64,000 bases of DNA from an uncultured Actinomycetes bacterium (lineage in GTDB: Bacteria; Actinomycetota; CADDZG01; JAHWKV01): the NCBI GenBank assembly GCA_964501265.1, contig CAZCSK010000001.1:86314-150313 (forward strand), given 5' to 3'. The notes below the pieces were generated by a model. The model did no database searches. It was not told where the DNA came from and saw nothing but the letters and a program-made list of their open reading frames with translations. Each line of letters starts with the position of its first letter. The first letter of the stretch is position 1. The translations under genes were made by a program, and so were the position numbers. This document shows positions 9,401 through 17,474 of the stretch, piece after piece.

Positions 9401-10693
9401 TGTTGGCTGGGTCCGGGGAGTTCGCGAACCCACATGGGTTCGTGTTCCCAGGGTCATTTCCGAGGATGTCGGCTCCGTCCGTGGCGTCTCCGAGCCCGGC
9501 GTCGACCGTCACACCGATGAGCCCGAAGTGACACTCATTGGTGATTATCTCGTCGCCATTGGAGTCCACCCGGCCGCCAATCGCGGACCAAGCGAAGTCA
9601 GAGTCGCCGACATCGGAGCTATTCGGATCGTCAGCGTTGAAAACGAAGGGCAGCGGTCCGTCGGCCCACTGGAACTCGCCGTCTACGACGTCGATCTCTG
9701 CCCCATCTGGGGTGCCGTCGTATGCGATGAGAGTGCAGTCGTCATTGGCGTCGATCACGCCGTTGCCGGCGTCCCCGTCGTTGTCGGACGTCCAGGCGTT
9801 GCAGTCGAGCTTGCCGTCGATGATGTGGGTATCGCCGTAGAACGCGTTCGAGTCGTCGCGCCCAGTGACGGTGCCGTTACCGTTTAGGTCGGCCTCTCCG
9901 CTGAAGACCGTCGGGGAGAAACCTCCCGTGTAAGAACCCGCAGGAGGTACGGGGGCCGCGGGTCCAGGAGACTGCACAAAGCCGTTAGTTAGGTTGTGGC
10001 CGAAGAAGCAGCCGTTGGTGCACGAGTCGGCGGCGGTGATGTTCCCGTCGCTGTTCAGGTCGACAAGACCATTGTTGGCTTCGGCGGGAGCGTTCGCAAA
10101 ACCACATGGGTTCGTATTCCCCGCGGTATTCCCGAGAATGTCGGCCCCATCGTGGGGGTCTCCCAGTCCGGCGTCGACCGTGTCGCCAATGAGCCCGAAG
10201 TGACAGTCGTTAGCATTGATCGTCTCGTTGCCATCGGAATCCACCCTGCCGCTAATCGTGGACCATGCGAACGCAGAATCGCCAACGTCAGGGTTGTTCG
10301 CGTCCCCGGCTTGGGGAAAGACGGTAGGAAGCGGGCCGGCCCATTGGAACCCACCGGCTACCACGGTAATTGTGACGCCACCTGGCGTGCCGTTGTATCC
10401 GACGAGCGTGCAGTTGTCGGCGGTTGTGATCGTTCCATCTCCGCCGCTGCCATCGTTGACAGACCCCCAATCGTCGCAGTCGAGCCCGCCGTCGATGATG
10501 TGGGTGTCGCCGTAAAACGCATTCGAGTCGTCGCGACCGTTACCCACGCCGTCACCGTTGAGGTCGGCATTTCCGTTCAGGACCGTCGGGGAGAAACCTC
10601 CCGTGAAGTCGGCTGCTGAAGCGGGGCTCGCCAGGAAGAACTGCCCTTGCAGGATCAACAGGGTGAGGACGCTGGTAAGTGCAACAGACTTCA
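6474..10693 (-). CDS. Giant secreted repeat protein: 3x ~228-aa Ca-binding-loop repeats, 4x Calx-beta, C-terminal 5x 'LDGxGGxHP…DIAR' repeats
   Basis: Signal peptide MKSVALTSVLTLLILQG…ASAADF (ATG at 10693, preceded by aagga). Three near-identical units begin …YTGGFSPTV… and contain DLNGDG / VDLNSDGNITAAD loops. Calx-beta units follow (…VTVDYATANGTATAPADYTA…). The C-terminus has repeats GYILDGYGGLHPVG…PYFPNFDIAREVVL. The ORF-track start at 10739 is probably an upstream extension. Confidence 0.8.
7290..8535. repeat. Tandem Calx-beta-encoding repeats (~330-nt period) within the giant gene; homologous array at ~2400-3700 in the amidase-family gene
   Basis: Repeated protein units …GPATFTVTLSAPSGQTVTVDYATANGTATAPADYTAV…NFFVNLSNATNASILDGQGVGTINDNDP…. 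Confidence 0.7.
8510..10560. repeat. Three tandem near-identical ~680-nt DNA repeats inside the giant gene (encoding the 228-aa Ca-binding unit)
   Basis: Antisense ORFs at 8637, 9324 and 9996 have near-identical translations (MAEEAAVGAGIRRGDVPIAVQVHE… / MSEETAVGARVRGRDVSVAVKVHE… / MAEEAAVGARVGGGDVPVAVQVDK…). This gives a period of ~672-687 nt. Confidence 0.8.
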
Positions 10694-11000
10694 TCCTTGG
10701 GGTGTGCGTTACTTCTGAGGAGCGGTTCCTTCTAAACATCTAGTGTTCCCCTTTCGTAGGAGACCAAAGTTATTGGACAAACGGTTTCTGCCCAGACATT
10801 ACCGAGCTCAAACAATTTTCCTTTGTGATTTGTCTTCGTGATTGCCTGACCCTAGTGGAAATTGTCGCTTTTTGTCAAGTTTGAGAAGTGCCCCCCGGCC
10901 AGCCTCGCTGCCTGCCCTATCCTCCCGAGGAAGTCCTCCGGCTGGTAGCCTCTTGATTTCCTCCCAATTTAGGCCAAATCGTAGGAGTAAGGGCAAGAAA

Positions 11001-11729
11001 ATGAAGCTTTCTGTGGTCATCCCGGTCTTTAACGAGGAACGGACGCTGGACGAGATCCTCGCCCGCGTTGACGCCGATCCAGTCGACAAGGAGATCATCC
11101 TCGTCGACGACGCCTCAACCGACGGGAGCAGAGATCGCCTAAAGGAAATCGAACGAACCAAGGGCAACGTCATTGTTCTCTACCACGACCGCAATATGGG
11201 GAAAGGGGCGGCGCTGCGGACCGGGTTCGAAGCGGCGAGCGGTGATGTAATTGTTATCCAGGACGCCGACCTCGAGTACGATCCGCGGGACTATGCAACG
11301 CTTCTGCAGCCGATAATAGAGGGGAAGGCGGACGTGGTTTTCGGTTCGCGGTTCCTCGGCGGCCCCCACCGAGTCTTCTTCTTCTGGCACTACCTCGGCA
11401 ACAGGTTTGTGACATTGCTATGCAATGTATTCAGCAATCTAAACTTGTCGGACATGATGACTTGCTACAAGGTATTCCGGCGTGAAGTGATAAATGACAT
11501 CACGCTGCGGTCCAATCGGTTCGGTTTCGAGCCGGAGTTCACCATCAAGGTCGCCAAAAGAGGCTACCGAATCTATGAAGTTCCCATCAGTTACGCAGGG
11601 CGCAGTTACGAGGAAGGAAAGAAGATCACCTGGAAGGACGCTTTCAGGGTAACTTGGACGATCTTTCGAACGGCTTTGTTCGACCGCGCACCTGGGGTAA
11701 AGAGGCGGTCGTACCTGGGAGGCTCTTAA
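11001..11729 (+). CDS. GT2 glycosyltransferase, Dpm1/ArnC/GtrB-like polyprenyl-phosphate sugar synthase
   Basis: [20 protein letters not shown]…[10 protein letters not shown]…[11 protein letters not shown]… The DAD/DxD motifs and C-terminal region are typical of polyisoprenyl-phosphate glycosyltransferases. SD aggag lies 8 nt upstream of ATG 11001. Confidence 0.8.
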   Translation: MKLSVVIPVFNEERTLDEILARVDADPVDKEIILVDDASTDGSRDRLKEIERTKGNVIVLYHDRNMGKGAALRTGFEAASGDVIVIQDADLEYDPRDYATLLQPIIEGKADVVFGSRFLGGPHRVFFFWHYLGNRFVTLLCNVFSNLNLSDMMTCYKVFRREVINDITLRSNRFGFEPEFTIKVAKRGYRIYEVPISYAGRSYEEGKKITWKDAFRVTWTIFRTALFDRAPGVKRRSYLGGS

Positions 11730-11738
11730 GGTTCACGG

Positions 11739-12527
11739 ATGCAATATTTAGAGAGCTCGCGCCTGTCCCAGATATGGGCCGCAAGACAACTCCTTAAGAA
11801 CCTCACCGTACGCGAACTAAAGATTCGCTATAAGCGGTCGGCGCTTGGATTCCTGTGGAGCCTGCTGAACCCTCTTCTAATGATGGCCGTCTTCACGCTG
11901 GTCTTTGGGGTCGCCTTCGACATCGGCATTAAGGACTTCCCCATTTTCTTCCTTGTTGGCTACTTGCCTTGGTCGTTCTTTCAGGCTTGCGTTCAGGTTT
12001 CGACCGGCATCATCGTGGGTAACGCAAACCTTGTTAATAAGGTCTACTTTCCCAGAGAAACACTGCCCCTCGCCGTTGTTTTGAGCCAGCTTGTGCACTT
12101 CGTGCTCGCGATGGGGGTTCTGTTCGTCGCTCTAGCGGTCAAGGGGTACGCCTTCCTTCCTTACCTTCCCAGCCTGTTACTTGCGATTGTCTTGCTCGTT
12201 GGACTTTCGACGGGGATATCGATGCTGATGGCCGCAGCGAACACAAAGCTGCGGGACATCCAAGAGTTTCTCAACGTTTTGTTTCTCGTCTGGTTCTACA
12301 TGACTCCGGTGATCTACCCCCTTGACCGGATTCCCGCAAGATTTAGATGGATTATTGAGTTAAATCCCATGACGCAGATCGTCGAGATAGTGCGCGACAG
12401 CCTGTACAGGCTCACCTATCCATCTTGGCAGCGGATCGCAGCAGCCACGGCGGCGGCAATCGTATCTATGATCGTTGGCTTCGTGGTGTTCGGACGGCTC
12501 GCCGACGACTTCGCCAAAGAGGTTTGA
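11739..12527 (+). CDS. wzm: ABC-2 type polysaccharide exporter permease (Wzm/TagG/KpsM family)
   Basis: 262 aa with 6 TM segments and an ABC-2 signature region (…LWSLLNPLLMMAVFTLVFG…), followed by an ATPase gene. Confidence 0.8.
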   Translation: MQYLESSRLSQIWAARQLLKNLTVRELKIRYKRSALGFLWSLLNPLLMMAVFTLVFGVAFDIGIKDFPIFFLVGYLPWSFFQACVQVSTGIIVGNANLVNKVYFPRETLPLAVVLSQLVHFVLAMGVLFVALAVKGYAFLPYLPSLLLAIVLLVGLSTGISMLMAAANTKLRDIQEFLNVLFLVWFYMTPVIYPLDRIPARFRWIIELNPMTQIVEIVRDSLYRLTYPSWQRIAAATAAAIVSMIVGFVVFGRLADDFAKEV

Positions 12528-12570
12528 GCTGACCCTTCCAATAGGCGCTGTTTCGGTCCGAGACGTCTCG

Positions 12571-13731
12571 ATGAACTTTCGGATCTACCACGATCGCGCT
12601 ATAGGAATTAGGGACCGACTAGTTGGAAGACGGCGAAAACGGCCGGAGGAATTCCTAGCCCTTCGCAACGTCAATATCGAAGTGCAGCCTGGCGAAACGG
12701 TGGCCCTCATCGGCCCCAACGGATCGGGCAAGTCGACACTGCTCAAGTGCATCGCCCGTATCATGAAGCCCACCAGCGGAGAGATCCTTTTGAGCGGACA
12801 GACCGCAGCCCTGCTAGAGCTAGGCGCTGGATTTCATGGCGATCTAACGGGCCGGGAAAACGTGTATCTGAATGCGTCGATCCTGGGTTTTGCTCGCAAA
12901 CGCGTAGATGAGATTTTCGACGAGATAGTGGCATTCGCTGAGCTCGAAGATTTCATCGATACGCCGGTTCGCAATTACTCGTCAGGCATGTATGTGCGAC
13001 TGGGTTTCGCTGTGGCGGTCAATCTGTCCCCCGAAATATTTTTGGTCGATGAGGTTCTTGCGGTTGGGGATGCTCGCTTTCAGCAGAGGTGCTTCGATCG
13101 CATTCGCCAGCTTCAACGTTCGGGTACTACTATCGTTCTGGTCACTCATGATCTCGACGCAGCCGCCAACATCTGCCGGACTGCCGTGCTGCTGAACAAG
13201 GGCGAAGTGGTCAAAACAGGAGTAAGCCATCTAGTCGTGGACGCCTATAGGGATCTGGTCGCCGAAAGCGGAGTGCATGAACCTACCGGCTGGACTGGAG
13301 GACCCGTACACGGAAGTGGGGAGATGACCGTAACCAACGTCCGGCTCGAATCTAACGGAGATGACCCCTTGTTGAATTCCGGTGATGAGTTCGCCATTTG
13401 TTTCGATGTTGAGACCCACGTGGCTGTCGAGGACCCCGTCTTCGGGATGATCATTCGAGGGGTTGACGGAACTTACTTGTTCGACACCAACACCCTCTGG
13501 CGGCACCAAGCTACCGGCCGATTCGACAAGGGCCAACGCTCGACTGTGAGATTCGAGCTGAAGGCCAACATCCTTTCTGGGCTTTACCTAGTCACTGTGG
13601 CTGCATCAAACTCAGATGGCCGGAGCCCTTACGACTGGCATACCGACGCCCTCGCCTTCGAAGTCCGGGGGCCGGCCCACTCGGCTGGAGTGGCGGATTT
13701 GGGTGCGCATATCAGTGTAAGGAGCACTTGA
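12571..13731 (+). CDS. wzt: ABC polysaccharide exporter ATP-binding protein (Wzt/TagH family) with C-terminal carbohydrate-binding-like extension
   Basis: Walker A GPNGSGKST, LSGG-type signature YSSGMYVRL, Walker B FLVDE. The extra ~150-aa C-terminal beta-rich domain resembles the Wzt C-terminal glycan-terminus-binding domain. Start placed at ATG 12571. Confidence 0.8.
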   Translation: MNFRIYHDRAIGIRDRLVGRRRKRPEEFLALRNVNIEVQPGETVALIGPNGSGKSTLLKCIARIMKPTSGEILLSGQTAALLELGAGFHGDLTGRENVYLNASILGFARKRVDEIFDEIVAFAELEDFIDTPVRNYSSGMYVRLGFAVAVNLSPEIFLVDEVLAVGDARFQQRCFDRIRQLQRSGTTIVLVTHDLDAAANICRTAVLLNKGEVVKTGVSHLVVDAYRDLVAESGVHEPTGWTGGPVHGSGEMTVTNVRLESNGDDPLLNSGDEFAICFDVETHVAVEDPVFGMIIRGVDGTYLFDTNTLWRHQATGRFDKGQRSTVRFELKANILSGLYLVTVAASNSDGRSPYDWHTDALAFEVRGPAHSAGVADLGAHISVRST

Positions 13732-13732
13732 A

Positions 13733-14590
13733 ATGAGCGATAAGGAAAATTTCGAGAGCGACTACTACGCGTCGAGGTCCTTCGATGAGCAGCACTTGCG
13801 CAAAGTGCGTTCTCACTACTTGAAGTTCTTCAACGGCCGTCGATTCCTCGTTGAACTCGGATGTGGCCGCGGAGAGTTCTTGAAAGACTCCACCGAAATA
13901 GTCGATCGCGCGCTTGGAATCGACATTGAGCCCGCAATGGCCGAGGCTGCAAGAGAGCGCGGACTGGAGGTACACGAAGGCGACGCTCTCTCTTACCTGC
14001 GAGAAACCGCCGACCGACCTGACGCCGTGTTCGCAGCACACCTCGTGGAACACTTCAGCGTCGACGACACCTTTGAGCTGCTACGCGCGGCGGCCAACAT
14101 CATGGAACCCGGCGGAGTCGTCGTGCTCGTGACCCCAAACCCATACTGTCTGGCGGTCATGCTGAGTGACTTCTGGAGCGACCCCACCCATGTCCGCCCC
14201 TACACAACGGCTCTGCTCGAGTTCCTTGTCAAACAAGCCGGCTTCGTCGTCATTGAATCGGGTGCGAATCCACTCGACGTACCCGGGCCTCCGCCGGAGT
14301 TGATCGTACCCGAGACGATGGAGGGATGGGGCCCCCTAGAAACCCATCCTCTTCCGGATCTACCGGAGTACAAAGGCTCCATAAGCCGCAGAGTTGATGA
14401 GAGGCTCGAATTCCTTCTACAACGAACCAACGATATCAACCAAACTTTCGCCGCCGTCACAGAAGCCATCCAACGCCGAGTCGATGAGCTGCGACACCAA
14501 ACTCATCTGGCGACCATCGGGGTCAACAACGCACTGAAATACCTCTACGGCCCTAACGAGATATACATCGCCGCAGAGCGCCCCGCTTGA
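13733..14590 (+). CDS. Class I SAM-dependent methyltransferase
   Basis: Motif I LVELGCGRGEF, with downstream acidic and hydrophobic motifs. Translationally coupled to wzt (stop and start 1 nt apart). Confidence 0.7.
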   Translation: MSDKENFESDYYASRSFDEQHLRKVRSHYLKFFNGRRFLVELGCGRGEFLKDSTEIVDRALGIDIEPAMAEAARERGLEVHEGDALSYLRETADRPDAVFAAHLVEHFSVDDTFELLRAAANIMEPGGVVVLVTPNPYCLAVMLSDFWSDPTHVRPYTTALLEFLVKQAGFVVIESGANPLDVPGPPPELIVPETMEGWGPLETHPLPDLPEYKGSISRRVDERLEFLLQRTNDINQTFAAVTEAIQRRVDELRHQTHLATIGVNNALKYLYGPNEIYIAAERPA

Positions 14591-15930
14591 GTCCCCGGGT
14601 CCGCGTGGTCGTTCTTAACTACAACGGCGGCGACTTTATCCTTCGATGTCTTGAGCATCTGACGCTCATCGAGTGGCCGACGGACAGACTCGAAATCGTC
14701 GTGGTCGACAACGCCTCCAGCGACGGCAGCCCATCCCGGATCAAAGCGCGCTTCCCCGACATCGCCGTCCGCGATGCCGGAGGGAACCTCGGGTTCGCGG
14801 GCGGCAACAATGTTGGGCTACAGGATCTGGCTGACATCGATTACGTCGCTCTCCTCAACAACGACGCCTTTGTGGAAGCAAACTGGCTCGCGCCGCTTGT
14901 GAGGGAGTTGGAAAAGGATCCGGGCCTGGGTGCCGTCAACTCGAAGATCGTGTTTTCGTATTCATACGCCGACCTAGCGATCACTTCCGAAACCTTCACC
15001 CCTTCAGAAGGGGACGGACGGTCGCTCGGACTCCGGATAAGCGGGGTCCGCGTGGATGGAGAGGACCGCTTTCGCAAGGCACATTTCGTCGAGGGATTCT
15101 ACGGACCCGAGCATGGCGGGAAAGAAGAAGTCGACTTTCAGTGGACGGGTGCCAAAGCCTTGCTCCGCATCCCAGTCACTCCGGGCCGGACTGAGTCTGA
15201 GTGCGAGCTGCGAGTCGCCGCCGAACGTACCAAGGCAGTTGGATTCTCCACTGAGGACGGATCACGGGAGTACGAAGTTACGCCGACTCCGACCTGGGTC
15301 AAAGTTCCTCTCCCCAAACGCGCGCACGATGTGATCAATAACGTCGGTTCCGAGCTTGTCGTGAGGGGTTACGGGGGCGACCGCGGTTTTCTTGCGCGCG
15401 ACGTTGGACAGTTCGAGGAACCGGCTGAAGTCTTCGCGTGGTGCGGTTGCAGCGCTTTATTCAGGAAGGCTTATCTGGAAGATGTGGGGTTGTTCGATGA
15501 ACATCTCTTCCTTTATTACGAGGACTTTGACCTGTCTTGGCGCGGACGCCGAAGAGGCTGGCGTTATCTCTACGTTCCCGATTCAGTCGTCCGGCACTTT
15601 CACACGGCAACAAGCCAGGAGAACTCGCCGCTCTTCCAGCACTTCGTTCATCGCAACAGGATGCTCGTACTCATCAAGAACGCGCCAGCTTCGCTAGCTC
15701 TTCAGGCGATCACTGCCTACGTTTGGACCACGATCATTCATGCAATCAACGAGATTCTCCTACCGACAATCAAGGGTCGCAGGCCCTCACCAGGAACCAC
15801 ACAGCGAAGGTTGCGGGCCTTCGCATCTTTCATTCGCCTCGTGCCGTGGGCGCTTCGGGAACGGATGCGTATCTCCCGAACCGCAAGAGTCAGCGCGGCG
15901 AAGTTGATGGAATGGGTCGTCGAGAGATGA
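14587..15930 (+). CDS. GT2 family glycosyltransferase (rhamnosyltransferase-like)
   Basis: VRVVVLNYNGGDFILRCLEHL…IVVVDNASSDGS…GGNNVG… The C-terminal region is typical of WbbL/GT2_3-like enzymes. Confidence 0.75.
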   Translation: MSPRVRVVVLNYNGGDFILRCLEHLTLIEWPTDRLEIVVVDNASSDGSPSRIKARFPDIAVRDAGGNLGFAGGNNVGLQDLADIDYVALLNNDAFVEANWLAPLVRELEKDPGLGAVNSKIVFSYSYADLAITSETFTPSEGDGRSLGLRISGVRVDGEDRFRKAHFVEGFYGPEHGGKEEVDFQWTGAKALLRIPVTPGRTESECELRVAAERTKAVGFSTEDGSREYEVTPTPTWVKVPLPKRAHDVINNVGSELVVRGYGGDRGFLARDVGQFEEPAEVFAWCGCSALFRKAYLEDVGLFDEHLFLYYEDFDLSWRGRRRGWRYLYVPDSVVRHFHTATSQENSPLFQHFVHRNRMLVLIKNAPASLALQAITAYVWTTIIHAINEILLPTIKGRRPSPGTTQRRLRAFASFIRLVPWALRERMRISRTARVSAAKLMEWVVER

Positions 15931-17474
15931 AGGTCGCGGTTTACGACCGCTACTGGGGCACCGCCGGAGGAGGAGAAAAGGTGGCGGGAGGGGCAGCTCA
16001 GGTTCTATCGGACGAACATGAAGTCTTCCTACTTGGAAATGAACCGATCGATTTACAAACTCTGCAAGAAAGACTCAACCTCGACCTTCGTCGTGTTCAG
16101 ACCCACATCTTTGACGACACCGGAAGCGGAGCTTTGACGGCCGCAACCGAAAAGTACGACCTGCTGATCAATTGCTCTCACTTAAGCGCCGATCCGTGCG
16201 GCGCGGCCCGCGGCATCTACTATGTCCACTTCCCGACACCCTTCGACCACCACATCGGCGCGCCGCAACGAGCCGCGGTAAAGCTCCTGCGCCCCTTCGT
16301 GAGACCGAGGGGGGTCACCTTGGATTGGGGAAATGGATTCCACCTGCCTGAACAGTTCCGCCTGCGGAGATATAGATGGACGTCCGAAAAGGCCTATCTA
16401 AAGATCAGCGCACCCGAGGGGCGGCGAGCGGAAATTCATCTGACGCTTGGGGCACACAAGCCCGCCGGGTTGGAACCCGCCTATGTGAATATCGATGTGG
16501 ACGGCCGGATGGTGCGAGAACTCGAGGTGGGGCGCAAACCCATTCGTGTCGACCTCGAAACATATGGCCAGGGCGCAAACAAGCCGTCGGTAATCGGGAT
16601 AACCAGCACTGTCTTCGTTCCAAGCGAGGTAGTTGGGGGATCAGACATGAGAAGGCTCGGCGTGCAGCTGCTCTCCGTTAGGGTCGGAGATGGGCTGGGC
16701 TCACGAATAGCGGCTGCCTACCCTCTACTCGCAACCCCACCGGTGTCCCTCGACTTCCTTTCCAGCTACGACCGGGTAGTTGCAAACTCCGAGTTCACTC
16801 GCCGATGGGTCGCTATCCGGTGGGGCAGAGACAGCGATCTGCTGTATCCCCCCGTTACTGCCATCGAACCCGGACAGAAGTCGCCGGTCATCCTCTCCGT
16901 GGGACGTTTCTTCGACCGCAAACACGGCCACTCGAAGAAACAGTTGGAGCTTGTCCGCGCGTTCGCCACAATGCACCGCTCCGGCCTTCGGGGGTGGGAA
17001 CTTCATTTGGCGGGTGGGGTCAGCGACGACCAGCGGGAGTACCTCCACAAGATTGAGCGCGAAGCACACGGGCTGCCGGTTCACATCCACATCGATGCCT
17101 CCGGCACGCAGCTGCGAGAGCTCTACTCGAGGGCCAGCATCTTCTGGCATGCGACCGGATTGGGAGAAACCGCAGAGCGCACTCCTCATCTTATGGAGCA
17201 CTTCGGGATATCAACCGTGGAGGCGATGTCTGCCGGAGCGGTGCCCGTTGTGATCGCGAAGGGTGGGCAGCCGGAGATCGTGCAAGAGGGCGTGAGTGGA
17301 TTCTTGTTCGCAGATCTTGAGGAACTCGTTGCGAAGACACACCGGATCATCGAAGACCCAGACATGACGCAGCGCGTGTCGTCAGGCGCCAGAGCACGAT
17401 CTGCCGAGTTCAACATCGAACATTTCGGCGCGCGCTTGAAGGGAATCATCGACCAGATCATCATGTCGGCGTGA
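15927..17474 (+). CDS. GT4 (GT-B) glycosyltransferase with ~180-aa inserted domain; paralog 1 of a tandem pair
   Basis: Start MKVAVYDRYW… (ATGA overlap with the upstream stop). The C-terminal GT4 half reads VGRFFDRKHGHSKKQLELV…EHFGISTVEAMSAGAVPVV… The ORF-track N-terminal extension (15537) overlaps the previous gene and was rejected. Confidence 0.7.
   Translation: MKVAVYDRYWGTAGGGEKVAGGAAQVLSDEHEVFLLGNEPIDLQTLQERLNLDLRRVQTHIFDDTGSGALTAATEKYDLLINCSHLSADPCGAARGIYYVHFPTPFDHHIGAPQRAAVKLLRPFVRPRGVTLDWGNGFHLPEQFRLRRYRWTSEKAYLKISAPEGRRAEIHLTLGAHKPAGLEPAYVNIDVDGRMVRELEVGRKPIRVDLETYGQGANKPSVIGITSTVFVPSEVVGGSDMRRLGVQLLSVRVGDGLGSRIAAAYPLLATPPVSLDFLSSYDRVVANSEFTRRWVAIRWGRDSDLLYPPVTAIEPGQKSPVILSVGRFFDRKHGHSKKQLELVRAFATMHRSGLRGWELHLAGGVSDDQREYLHKIEREAHGLPVHIHIDASGTQLRELYSRASIFWHATGLGETAERTPHLMEHFGISTVEAMSAGAVPVVIAKGGQPEIVQEGVSGFLFADLEELVAKTHRIIEDPDMTQRVSSGARARSAEFNIEHFGARLKGIIDQIIMSA

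Noticed and set aside
8637-10619. Series of plus-strand ORFs (8637-9167, 9324-9887, 9996-10619, 10216-10515 etc.) with near-identical translations
   Set aside because: They lie antisense to the giant minus-strand gene. Their similarity simply reflects the tandem DNA repeats of that gene. High GC suppresses stop codons in the antisense frames.
10842-11000. N-terminal extension ([13 protein letters not shown]…) of the first GT2
   Set aside because: The conserved GT2 N-terminus [13 protein letters not shown] starts at 11001 with an SD 8 nt upstream. The extension is Pro/Ser/Arg-rich non-coding-like sequence.
15537-15926. N-terminal 130-aa extension of the ORF-track entry for the first GT4 paralog
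   Set aside because: It overlaps the 3' end of the preceding GT2 gene in another frame. The paralog downstream begins at the conserved MK(V/I)AVY motif, which here corresponds to ATG 15927 (ATGA coupling).
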